A DNA stretch of 64,000 nt from Bugula neritina (Eukaryota; Animalia; Bryozoa), in the NCBI GenBank assembly GCA_964035545.1, contig OZ037765.1, forward strand, positions 35,426,080 through 35,490,079, written 5' to 3'. This document shows, one piece after another, positions 15,501-29,600 of this stretch (positions are counted from its first letter, which is position 1; each line of letters begins with the position of its first letter). Made by a program: the position numbers and the translations under genes. Under the pieces are notes generated by a model. It did not search any database and was not told where the DNA came from. It saw only the letters and a program-made list of their open reading frames with translations.

Positions 15501-18500
15501 GTGTCACGTGATAGAGTATACAGTGTACACTATACTAGCTAATAGTATCTAGTGTATATATACTGTGTCACGTGATAGAGTATACAGTGTACACTCTACT
15601 AGCTAATAGTAGTATCTAGTATATATATATACTCTGTCACGTGATAGAGTATACAGTGTACACTATACTAGCTAATAGTATCTAGTATATATATATACTG
15701 TGTCACGTGATAGAGTATACAGTGTACACTATACTAGCTAATAGTATCTAGTATATATATATACTGTGTCACGTGATAGAGTATACAGTGTACACTATAC
15801 TAGCTAATAATAGTATATATATATACTGTGTCACGTGATAGAGTATACAGTGTACACTATACTAGCTAATAGTATCTAGTATATATATATACTGTGTCAC
15901 GTGATAGAGTATACAGTGTACACTATACTAGCTAATAATAGTATATATATATACTGTGTCACGTGATAGAGTATACAGTGTACACTATACTAGCTAATAG
16001 TATCTAGTATATATATATACTGTGTCACGTGATAGAGTATACAGTGTACACTATACTAGCTAATAATAGTATATATATATACTGTGTCACGTGATAGAGT
16101 ATACAGTGTACACTATACTAGCTAATAGTATATAGTATATATATATACTGTGTCACGTGATAGAGTATACAGTGTACACTATACTAGCTAATAGTATCTA
16201 GTATATATATACTGTGTCACGTGATAGAGTATACAGTGTACACTATACTAGCTAATAGTATCTAGTGTATATATACTGTGTCACGTGATAGAGTATACAG
16301 TGTACACTATACTAGCTAATAGTATCTAGTATATATATATACTGTGTCACGTGATAGAGTATACAGTGTACACTCTACTAGCTAATAGTAGTATCTAGTA
16401 TATATATATACTCTGTCACGTGATAGAGTATACAGTGTACACTATACTAGCTAATAGTATCTAGTATATATATATACTGTGTCACGTGATAGAGTATACA
16501 GTGTACACTATACTAGCTAATAGTATCTAGTGTATATATATACTGTGTCACGTGATAGAGTATACAGTGTACACTCTACTAGCTAATAGTAGTATCTAGT
16601 ATATATATATATACTCTGTCACGTGATAGAGTATACAGTGTACACTATACTAGCTAATAGTATCTAGTATATATATATACTGTGTCACGTGATAGAGTAT
16701 ACAGTGTACACTATACTAGCTAATAGACTAATAGATGTCTGGGTGCTGTTTAATGCCTTCATGGTATTATTCAATGTATTGGTGCTGCAGGGACTGGAAA
16801 ACAGAGTGGACACAGAACTGACCAGTCCTATACCCATATCTGGCCGTAGTGCAGACGACCACCAGTATGGAGACCAGCAGTATGGAGATGAGACTTCAGC
16901 TAGCAGAGAGACCATTCTCAACAGTCTGCCTCGCGCCAACCCTATAGAGCACTGGAACAGGTGAGTTATAGTAGAACAGGTGAGGTACAGTAAAACAGGT
17001 GAGATACAGGTGAGATGCAGTAGAACAGGTGAGATACAGTAAAACAGGTGAGATACAGGTGAGATACAGTAGAACAGGTGAGATACAGGTGAGATACAGG
17101 TGAGATACAGGTGAGATATAGGTGAGATACAGTAGAACAGGTGAGATACAGGTGAGATACAGGTGAGATACAGGTGAGATACAGGTGAGATACAGTAGAA
17201 CAGGTGAGATACAGGTGATATACAGGTGAGATACAGTAGAACGGGTGAGGAACAGGTGAGATACAGGTGAGATACAGGTGAGATACAGTAGAACACTACC
17301 TCCACTGTTCCCACATCTAACTCGTAACTGGATGTTGTGTAGAGATGAAGACGAGTTTTCCAGCAAGTGCGGTTCCCTTCCCAAAGCCTTCAGTTCCTCC
17401 AATGTCAACATCGACTGCTCGACTGGCCGCAAGATACTGAAGCGTGTGTCTAGCGGCCCACAGGACCTGCGCTCTGCTGCTCATTTGGCTAAGGCTAAGA
17501 TCAGGTGGGTCAGAGTTTACGTCTGCTTCTCGTCAGAGAACGTCTGCCTGATTATTACATCCTGTCTACTTGTTGATATAGCTCTGTGTACTGAGATACT
17601 GTCTACTTGTTGATATAGCCCAGTGTACTGAGATACTGTCTACTTGTTAATATAACTCAGTATACTGTCTACTTGTTGATATAACTCAGTATACTGTCTA
17701 CTTGTTGATATAACTCAGTATACTGTCTACTTGTTGATATAACTCAGTATACTGTCTACTTGTTGATATAACTCAGTATACTCTGCACACAGACACGTAA
17801 GTGAAGACACTGGGCGGAGTAAGAGAGCCACATTTGCTGCCGGTGTACGATCTCCTCCGTCAGCATCTCACACTCTCATGTCGTGCATGAAGGAGTCTAG
17901 CGATGCCGGATCTAGCAGCCGGTCTCGTAATCCGTCTGGACCCCTCACTCCTGTCAGCATGAGGAACAACGGCTCCATGGGCAGCGGTGAGCTCTTTGTC
18001 CTCTGTGTAGTAGTCGTCAGGTCTAGTCATACAGGGTGTGCATATCTTAGAGTAACTTTATAGTTATTAGATTCTGTTGACTCACTTTTCTATCTGATGA
18101 TTAATAAAGTTGTACTCTGACTCTTGATGACAATTGTATATTCATAATGACTCAGTCGCTGAGACTCAGACATAGTGGCTAAGTCACAGCGCCATCACTG
18201 AGACTCAGTCTGAATTACTCAGTCTCACCTACCATTATTGAGACTCTCTTGTTAGCTGACAGCATATCAAACTACTCATAGTTTCCATAGAAACTGTACT
18301 CACTGCTCTGCATCACAGTGATCCACCCTCCAGACTGTGTGATGGCTGTTAAACAGTTTGGGGTTATTGTTTCAATTTTTCTCTCCTGTCTATGAAACTG
18401 GTAAATATAACTTTTGAGCATTAGTTATATAATAGTAGAAAGTAAATCAACTTGTATTTTGTGTTGCATTGTATTCCGCAGCCCTCCGGCCATCGTCAGC

Positions 18501-20570
18501 GGACAGCGATCAAGGTAAACCGATCACCTGTGCTGCCTCATTGCACCTCACACAGCACAACCTCAGTCTGGTGTACTTCTCATTTCTCATGTTATTCTCT
18601 TCAACTTTGAAATCTAGTTTAAAACTTACAAAGTAACACACTTAGGTTGTTGTGCTCTATTGTTATATTTCCCTGTTGAGTTATTATTGTGTTGGTGTTT
18701 CATAACATGGAATAGTATTAGAACTAGACGGTGTTGTGTTTTCATGAGTTTCATTTATTGCGTTGATTTTGTCACACTAGATGTTTGAATAAGTTACTAA
18801 ACTACTAGACACTCTAGCTGTTAACCAAACCCAACCATTGGTGAGGAATTTATAGTTAGGAAACTGCATGACTCATTGACTATTTCACTCTGCATTGTGG
18901 GACTTGAAGGTTTCTGTACATTGCATGAGTCATGCTGGGGATAAATAACACCAACACGTGTCACTTCCTGTCAAGGGAGAAGTGTTTATTCAGTTAGCTC
19001 AGTCCAATTAACAGAATGGTCATTCACGGGCTTTCCATGTACCGATCTCAGCTGAGATCGATCGTTTTTCCATGAGGGTACAGATCGATCTCGCAAAGTT
19101 GCCTCCTCTTAAGTGAAAGATACTTTAAAAGTAGAATTTGTTCACCTATTTGAGTGATTAAAGCTACTACTGTTGAAAACAAGATAGTAGTAGTCTAAAA
19201 TTTAATCCCAGCTATAAATTTACGCAGCATAGCTTTCAGTGTATGGTAATTTGGCCAATTTAAAATAATCAATTTTAATTTTTTAGCTTGACAGCTTATA
19301 TAAAATTAATGGCTGTCTTCTAGATTATTAATAAAGTTACAGGACTGTTAGGCTTAAAATTACAAAGAAAATAGCTAATGAAACTAAGTTTTGATAGTCA
19401 TTTAAATTCAATTTAAATTTTCCCATTTTTTTACCTTCTACTGCATATAATTGAGTTTTCCTAAACATTGTACTGAAAGTCAAAGTTTTGGCATCTGAAA
19501 AGGTGGCTATCATGATTATTTAATACTTTGCTTAGTAATTATCAATAAGTTATCATTTTTATTAGCAGACAACATTGTAGCACGCAGTCTTTTTCCACTT
19601 CTCAGATTGATCTGGCGTCTTTCCATGGTCTTATTGACATGAGATCGATCTGAGTTCGAGCTCCACAGACCGACCAGCTCAAATCGACAGAGATCGATCT
19701 TTGGCATCTTTCCATGGATCGATCTCGCTGAGATCGATCTGAGATCGGTCCATGGAAAGCCGGTGATAGCTTTTTCTGTCCCTGGGTCTTCCTTTTCACT
19801 GTATGAACTCTTGACCTCTCTATTCCTTTTCACTGTATGAACTCTTGACCTCTCTATTCCTTTTCACTGTATGAACTCTTGACCTCTCTATTCCAGTATG
19901 TCACATGACTACTCTACATCTCCCAGTATGTCACATGACTACTTCACATCTCTCAGTATGTCACATGACTACTCTATATCTCTCCGTATGTCACATGACT
20001 ACTCCACATCTCTCAGTATGTCACATGACTACATCTCTCAGTATGTCACATGACTACTCTACATCTCTCAGTATGTCACATGACTACATCTCTCAATATG
20101 TCACATGACTACTCCACGTCCCTCAGTATGTCACATGACTACTCTACATCTCTCAGTATGTCACATGACTACTCCACATCTCTCAGTATGTCACATGACT
20201 ACTCCACTTCTCTCAATATGTCACATGACTACTCTACATCTCTCAATATGTCACATGACTACTCTACATCTCTCAGTATGTCACATGACTACTTCACGTC
20301 TCTCAATATGTCACATGACTACTTCACGTCTGCAGGTTACGAAGCAGACTTCAGTGACGAGGAAGGCACGGCTGATGGACTCTCTCTCCTAGAGTTGGGA
20401 GCCAGAAACCACCAGATGCCCGACTTCTGGCTCATCATGAAAATAGTGTCCAATGGCTCCGATGATGGCGACAGGGCAGCCAATCACAGACTGGCACAGG
20501 CTGACTGGAATCATGGCTACCGAGTCGACGTCTTCTTCCACACCAGGTTCTTCCTTTTCTCTCTCTCTCC

Positions 20571-20663
<93 letters not shown>

Positions 20664-23600
20664 GGTTTATAGACTGGTAGTGTAGACTGTATTACTATCC
20701 CTTCTCTCTCTGTGTAGGTTTATAGACTGGTAGTGTAGACTGTATTACTATCCCTTCTCTCTCTCTCTGTAGGTTTATAGACTGGTAGTGTAGACTGTAT
20801 TACTATCCCTTCTCTCTCTGTGTAGGTTTATAGACTGGTAGTGTAGACTGTATTACTATCCCTTCTCTCCCTGTGTAGGTTTATAGACTGGTAGTGTAGA
20901 CTGTATTACTATCCCTTCTCTCTGTGTAGGTTTATAGACTGGTAGTGTAGACTGTATTACTATCCCTTCTAGTGGCAGCGAGACAGCACCCTCTGGGAGA
21001 CATTTCTCGGACAGTCTGGAAGGGAACATACCGAAGGCGCAGGTCTACTCCCAGATGCTGTCGGAGATTCGCAGGACGTGTAAACTGGTGAACCAACGTC
21101 TGCTACTCAGAGATCTCTACAACAAACGCAGGTCGGTGGCCTGTAGACATCATTGTATATTATATCATACAGTATATCATATCATACTGTTTATATACCT
21201 CACAGGATATGACATCACACTGTATATTACATCTCCCAGGATATGACATCACACTGTATATTATATCTCACAGGATATGACATCATACTGTATATTACAT
21301 CTCACAGGATATGACATCACACTGTATATTATATCTCACAGGATATGACATCACACTGTATATTATATCTCACAGGATATGACATCATACTGTATATTAC
21401 ATCTCACAAGATATGACATCACACTGTATATTATATCTCACAGGATATGACATCATACTGTATATTATATCTCACAGGATATGACATCACACTGTATATT
21501 ATATCTCACAGGATATGACATCACACTGTATATTATATCTCACAGGATATGACATCATACTGTATATTACATCTCACAAGATATGACATCACACTGTATA
21601 TTATATCTCACAGGATATGACATCATACTGTATATTATATCTCACAGGATATGACATCATACTGTATATTACATCTCACAAGATATGACATCACACTGTA
21701 TATTATATCTCACAGGATATGACATCATACTGTATATTATATCTCACAGGATATGACATCACACTGTATATTATATCTCACAGGATATGACATCACACTG
21801 TATATTATATCTCACAGGATATGACATCATACTGTATATTACATCTCACAAGATATGACATCACACTGTATATTATATCTCACAGGATATGACATCATAC
21901 TGTATATTATATCTCACAGGATATGACATCATACTGTATTTTGAAGGTGTGACGTACTGCTAGAGGAAGATTGGGATGATGAACTGAATTCAAGTGGGAG
22001 CACTCGGGGAAGGGGACTCGTGGATGGTGTGTCTTCTATTATTAGATTATGTAGTCTAATATTAGATAGTCTAGTAGTCTATTATTAGATAGTCTAGTAG
22101 TATATTATTAGATAGTCTAGTAGTATATTATTAGATAGTCTAGTAGTATATTATTAGATAGTCTAGTAGTATATTATTAGATAGTCTAGTAGTCTATTAT
22201 TAGATAGTCTAGTAGTCTATTATTAGATAGTCTAGTAGTCTATTATTAGATAGTCTAGTAGTCTATTATTAGATAGTCTAGTAGTCTATTATTAGATAGT
22301 CTAGTAGTCTATTATTAGATAGTCTAGTAGTATATTATTAGATAGTCTAGTAGTCTATTATTAGATAGTCTAGTAGTCTATTATTAGATTTAGTCTGTTG
22401 CATACTGCAGACATGGACGCAGATGGCGCTGCAGAAGACACCTACCTGTTTGCCAGGACAGAGTTTGAACACGGACACTTCAAGTGTAACGTTCAGTGGG
22501 AGAAAGTCTTCACTCTTCACCCTAGACTGAGGAGCAGCAAGAACAAGCTGAGTTCCAACAGAGGTGAGGGGCGCGTAGTACACCCCCTTCCCAGTGCAGT
22601 CTACTGACTACACAATACTGAGTACTTCATAATACTGAGTACTTCATAGTACTCAGTATTACATAGTACTGAGTACTGTGTAGTACTGAGTACTATGTAG
22701 TACTGAGTACTACATAGTAATGTGTACTGAGTACTACTGTGTACTGAGTACTACTGTGTATACTGCAGGGTTCCTGGGTCTGAAGGCAGTACTGAGTAAC
22801 CTCGCCATCACCAACCGGAGTAACATGTTTGTCCACAAGGAGAATCAGACTGAGAACATCTTCTACCTCAGGTGAGGTGTTGTCAGCTTTTACAGGTCAC
22901 CTTCTACAGGTCACCTCAGGTGACCTTCTACAGGTCACCTCAGGTTGGCAGTATATTAACAGGGCTGTGTATTGTCTATATGCAGACTATCAGAGTGCGG
23001 AGACACTACCTCCAGGATGGACTCAGCAGACGACACCAGAAGTGTTGCTGGGGAGACGGCAGCGCCCTCTATGCTGTCGAGGAGCTCTTCTGTCAGGTCT
23101 ATGCCCAGATTCAGAGAAGACAGCGACGTGAGTTGTGTTAGAGTACGAATACCTGTCAGCCATGATGTCTCCGTGATGAGGTCTGTTTACTAGTCGGGTC
23201 AGCTGGATTTCTGTTGTAGAGCTCAAGGAGACAGTCTGTAGATGAAAGTGACGAGATGCAGTTTCTCTCTCTCAGTAAAGCATCGATGGCGAAGCGCCAC
23301 CCGTCTTGTGATGATGGAGTGAAGCTCTCGGTCTATGGCATTGACCCCGTCGGTATGTTCTCTCTGAATCATATGTCTGTTGGTCTGTTAGATACGTCTG
23401 CTAGATACGTCTGCTAGATACGTCTGCTAGATACGTCTGCTAGATACGTCTGTGCAATACGTCTGCTAGATACGTCTGCTAGATACGTCTGCTAGATACG
23501 TCTGCTAGATACGTCTGTTAGATACGTCTGCTAGATACGCCTGCTAGATACGTCTGCTAGATATATCTGTTAGATACGTCTGCTAGATACGTCTGCTAGA

Positions 23601-26600
23601 TACGTCTGTTAGATATATCTGTGGAGTACGTCTGCAGTGTAGAGTTGTCTCCTCGCAGGTTCTGACATCAAGGTGGAGTTGGTGAAGATGCTGGAGGCCC
23701 GACTAGACACGACTATTCTGGGAGAGATTGAGATGCTGCTGGCTAGGAACCCAAACTGTATGCTCACTCCACAGGATGTGCAGGTATTCCCTTGTATATC
23801 TACTGTGTGCTCACTCCACAGGATGTGCAGGTATTTCCTTGTATATCTACTGTATGCTCACTCCACAGGATGTGCAGGTATTCCCTTGTATATCAACTGT
23901 GTGCTCACTCCACAGGATGTGCAGGTATTCCCTTGTATCTCAACTGTGTCTCCTTTTATCTGTTCCACTAGTTTATAGTTTCTGCAGAATGCATCTGTTA
24001 TGTTGCCAATTTGTAGTTTCTGCAGAAGAAAGAGCCACCATCTGTCTCACTGAAGCTGAGTCTACCAGACGAGGTGCTGCACCACCAGATGGCGGTACTC
24101 AGTTATCTCCGTCAGAACCTCCTCATCCCGGACTTCCTGTTCCACCCGAAGTACCAGGACTCTGAGCACCGGTTCATGGACTACACGGAGTCAGTTCTGG
24201 GAGCCAGTCCTATGGCTGAGTCCAACACTTTCCTTTTCAACAAGTCTCCGTCCTATCAGAACGCAGGGAAGGGGGCCGGTCAGTCTATTACCATGTCTAT
24301 TACCATGTCTACTCTATATCTACTGTATATCTACTGTATATCTACTCTGTATCTACTCTGTATCTACTCTGTATCTACTGTATATCTACTGTATATCTAC
24401 TCTGTATATCTACTGTATATCTACTGTATATCTACTGTATATCTACTCTGTATACCTACTCTGTATATCTACTGTATGTCTACTGTATATCTACTCTGTA
24501 TATCTACTGTATATCTACTCTGTACACCTACTGTATATCTACTACATATATACTGTATATCTACTCTATATCTACTCTATATCTACTCTGTACATCTACT
24601 GTATATCTACTCTGTATATCTACTCTGTATATCTACTCTGTATCTACTGTATATCTACTACATATATACTGTATATCTACTGTATATCTACTGTACACCT
24701 ACTGTATATCTATTGTATGTCTACTGTATGTTACCATATATCTACTGTATATTACCCTCAGGACTGGCTGTGATATACCTCCAGCTGGTAGACAGTATGA
24801 ATCATCCTAAGAACATTCTAGACTGTCCGAAGGCTGATATGGACGGCTGGAAGAAGCTGAATGTTTCCTCGTTCACCAGGTGATGTGTCCGTGCGTCTTA
24901 TGACATATCTGCTGTAGAATACACTCTGATATGTACTGTAGAATACACTCTGATATGTACTGTAGAATACACTCTGATATATGCTGTAGAATACACTCTG
25001 ATATGTGCTGTAGAATACACTCTGATATATGCTGTAGAATACACTCTGATATGTACTGTAGAATACACTCTGATATGTGCTGTAGAATACACTCTGATAT
25101 GTGCTGTAGAATACACTCTGATATGTACTGTAGAATACACTCTGATATATGCTGTAGAATACACTCTGATATGTGCTGTAGAATACACTCTGATATATAC
25201 TGTAGAATACACTCTGATATATACTGTAGAATACACTCTGATATATACTGTAGAATACACTCTGACGTCTGCTGCACAGTATACAGAGTGTAATGTATAT
25301 TATTATATAGCTCTATGATTGATAAACTGCTGCCTCTTGTAGACTGACTCGAGTCACCAAAGTGTCCCCTGATGACTCATCCACCTGTATGAGTACGGCA
25401 GCGTTCATCAGGTTCAGGTAGATCAGCTGATACAGCTGCGTTATTTTATAAGCAACAACACGCGTTATTGTTTTTATTTTTACTTTCAATGTTAATTATT
25501 TTCATTAATATAACATGTTACATAATTCTCTCTGAATAGAGTCTATACTTCGTACTATTAAAACTGTGTTTAGCTTGTCTTCCCAATTCCTTAGCATTTG
25601 GTTGAGGGGTGACATAGACGTCCCCTCACTGGAGAGTAAACTGAGCAGGTGCGTGCAGCACTCCCTCTCTGACTTTGTCTGTGAGTTCTACGCCCTTACG
25701 GCTCCTCTCTGCGCCGTCCCTCCTGAACTCCTCTGTGATGCTCAGACCACAGGCCAGATTTTCTCACTTCCTGCCAAAGGTTTGTGTCACCAGAGGGCGT
25801 TGCTATGACTACTTAGCCAACCTGAACAGCCCCGAATGTCTTGCTCTATTGTCACTGTTGTTTATCTGAAGGCAATCTGACTCCGAAGAACGCGGGCAGC
25901 AAACACCCTCCTCTCACAAAAGCCAAGTCCACCACTGGCAGCGCCTTCTCCTTCAGTTCAGATCACGTCAGCATGAGAGAACAACTCTCCTCGCCAACTC
26001 TCTCGGTATGTCTGTCTGTGTGTCTCTTGGTATGTCTGTCTGTCCGCTCTCGGTATATCTGTCTGTGTGTCTCTCGGTATGTCTGTCTGTCTGTCTGTCT
26101 CTCGGTATGTCCGTCTGTCTGTCTGTGTGTCTCTCGGTATGTCTGTCTGTCTGTCTCTTGGTATATCTGTCCGTCTGTGTGTCTGTCTCTCGGTATATCT
26201 GTCTGTCTGTCTCTCGGTATGTCTGTCTGTGTGTCTCTCGGTATGTCTGTCTGTCTGTCGGTATGTTTACTGTATTGTACCCTGTACTCTGCGTTTACTC
26301 AACAGATTGCAGAGAGTTTAGGGGACGGCACCAGAACCCCCCTGCAGGTGGATGTAGAGAAATACCTGTTTGGGGAGAAAGGTCACTTGTTACCTTTTTA
26401 TACAGAGACGCTGATAGCCTGGTTTGAGTTCTGTACTCAGTTAGGTTAGTATATACAGTATTCTGATAGTATTATAGACTGGTTTGAGTTCTGTACTCAG
26501 TTAGGTTAGTATATACAGTATTCTGATAGTATTATAGACTGGTTTGAGTTCTGTACTCAGTTAGGTTAGTATATACAGTATTCTGATAGTATTATAGACT

Positions 26601-29600
26601 GGTTTGAGTTCTGTACTCAGTTAGGTTAGTATATACAGTATTCTGATAGTATTATAGACTGGTTTGAGTTCTGTACTCAGTTAGGTTAGTATATACAGTA
26701 TTCTGATAGTATTATAGACTGGTTTGAGTTCTGTACTCAGTTAGGTTAGTATATACAGTATTCTGATAGTATTATAGACTGGTTTGAGTTCTGTACTCAG
26801 TTAGGTTAGTATATACAGTATTCTGATAGTATTATAGACTGGTTTGAGTTCTGTACTCAGTTAGGTTAGTATATACAGTATTCTGATAGTATTATAGACT
26901 GGTTTGAGTTCTGTACTCAGTTAGGTTAGTATATACAGTATTCTGATAGTATTATAGACTGGTTTGAGTTCTGTACTCAGTTAGGTTAGTATATACAGTA
27001 TTCTGATAGTATTATAGACTGGTTTGAGTTCTGTACTCAGTTAGGTTAGTATATACAGTATTCTGATAGTATTATAGACTGGTTTGAGTTCTGTACTCAG
27101 TTAGGTTAGTATATACAGTATTCTGATAGTATTATAGACTGGTTTGAGTTCTGTACTCAGTTAGGTTAGTATATACATTATTCTGATAGTATTATAGACT
27201 GGTTTGAGTTCTGTACTCAGTTAGGTTAGTATATACAGTATTCTGATAGTATTATAGACTGGTTTGAGTTCTGTACTCAGTTAGGTTAGTATATACAGTA
27301 TTCTGATAGTATTATAGACTGGTTTGAGTTCTGTACTCAGTTAGGTTAGTATATACAGTATTCTGATAGTATTATAGACTGGTTTGAGTTCTGTACTCAG
27401 TTAGGTTAGTATATACAGTATTCTGATAGTATTATAGACTGGTTTGAGTTCTGTACTCAGTTAGGTTAGTATATACAGTATTCTGATAGTATTATAGACT
27501 GGTCGTACTAACAGGTGTACCTGCTGTAACCAAGTCGCCGTGTGGTCTCCTCAATGGATGTGTGGTGGAGTCCATCATGAAGGAAATTGAATCTGTAGTC
27601 AGCGAACTGCCTGGCGTCAGCGTTCAGCCATTCAAACTAACTCACGGCCAGTATCTGCCCTACAGCACGTCGAGAAATGCTGAAACTGTATGTATTCTAT
27701 AGTATATTATATAATATATTACACACTATAGTATATTATATAATATATTACACACTATAGTATATTATATAATATATTACACACTATAGTATACTATATA
27801 ATATACTACACACTATAGTGTAATATATAACATCTGTTGATAGGAACCAGGCGAACCAGAAGAGCCGACACATCTGGACACTCCCTTCTCCCAACTCTCA
27901 GCTGGTCACATAATGACGGTGAGAAACAGGCAGCTCTGGATAGACAGTGTCATGGGGAAACAGGACGATGATGGGGGGCCTATGCTCACCCCCCAACCCA
28001 ACTCTCTGCCCAGAGGTAGGTCTGCCTTAGCTCGTGTTGATAGTCGTTAGCATGGAAACATAATATCATGTCGATATTAGTTGATAGGAAGAGAGAGCAA
28101 CCTATAGTATCATTCTATTACATCTGTATACAGTGTATCTACCTTGCTGTCACCTACACTATGTACATCTATATACAGTGTATCTACCTTGCTGTCACCT
28201 ACACTATGTACATCTATATACAGTGTATCTACCTTGCTGTCACCTACACTGTGTACATCTATATACAGTGTATCTACCTTGCTGTCACCTACACTGTGTA
28301 CGTACATGTACATCTATATGCAATGTATCTACCTTGCTGTCACCTACACTATGTACATCTGTATACAGTGTATCTACCTTGCTGTCACCTACACTATGTA
28401 CATCTATATACAGTGTATCTACCTTGCTGTCACCTACACTATGTACATCTATATACAGTGTATCTACCTTGCTGTCACCTACACTGTGTACGTACATGTA
28501 CATCTATATGCAATGTATCTACCTTGCTGTCACCTACACTATGTACATCTGTATACAATGTATCTACCTTGCTGTCACCTACACTATGTACATCTATATA
28601 CAGTGTATCTACCTTGCTGTCACCTACACTATGTACATCTATATACAGTGTATCTACCTTGCTGTCACCTACACTGTGTACGTACATGTACATCTCCTAT
28701 TCTAATACTTCAGTCTCTAAGAATAACCAGAAGTTCCCACCTGTCTACGTCGGAGTGGAAACATCCCCCAGCCTTACCAGCTCTCTCCCTCACTTCTCAC
28801 TGGACAGGCAGCTTCTACCTCGGCAGCAGTTCCTTCTCCTTGTCATCAGGGTGAGACTGGCAGCTTCTTGTAGCTGTACTTTAGTTATACTATTCACTCT
28901 GTATACTCCGTATACTCTGTATACTCTGTATACTCTGTATACTCTGTATACTCTGTATACTCTGTATACTCTGTATACTCTGTACACTCTGTACACTCTG
29001 TATACTCTGTATACTCTGTACACTCTGTATACTCTACTCTACTCTGTATACTCTGTACACTCTGTATACTCTGTATACTCTGTATACTCTGTATACTCTG
29101 TATACTCTGTATACTCTGTCTACTCTGTATACTCTGTATACTCTGTCTACTCTGTCTACTCTGTATACTCTGTCTACTCTGTCTACTCTGTATACTCTGT
29201 ATACTCTGTATACTCTGTATACTCTGTATACTCTGTATACTCTGTACTCTGTATACTCTGTATACTCTGTATACTCTGTATACTCTACTCTGTATACTCT
29301 GTATACTCTGTATACTCTGTATACTCTGTATACTCTGTATACTCTGTATACTCTGTATACTCTGTATACTCTGTATACTCTGTGTACTCTGTACACTCTG
29401 TGTACTCTGTGTACTCTGTATACTCTGTATACTCTGTATACTCTGTATACTCTGTATACTCTGTATACTCTGTATACTCTGTATACTCTGTATACTCTAC
29501 TCTGTATACTCTGTATACTCTGTATACTCTGTATACTCTGTATACTCTGTATACTCTGTATACTCTGTATACTCTGTATACTCTGTATACTCTCTGTATA

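Larger units (their letters stand above)
9245..16726. repeat. about 65-bp satellite (roughly 65 copies) split by the LINE
   Basis: ctgtgtcacgtgatagagtatacagtgtacactatactagctaatagtatctag(ta)n at 9245-12170 and 15405-16726. Confidence 0.95.

Noticed and set aside
19516-19833. ORFs within the GATC-rich element
   Set aside because: No transposase motifs. They fall in a MITE arm.
26419-27503. Regular 60-bp array resembling a CRISPR
   Set aside because: Units are fully identical with no unique spacers, there are no cas genes, and the context is a eukaryotic intron.
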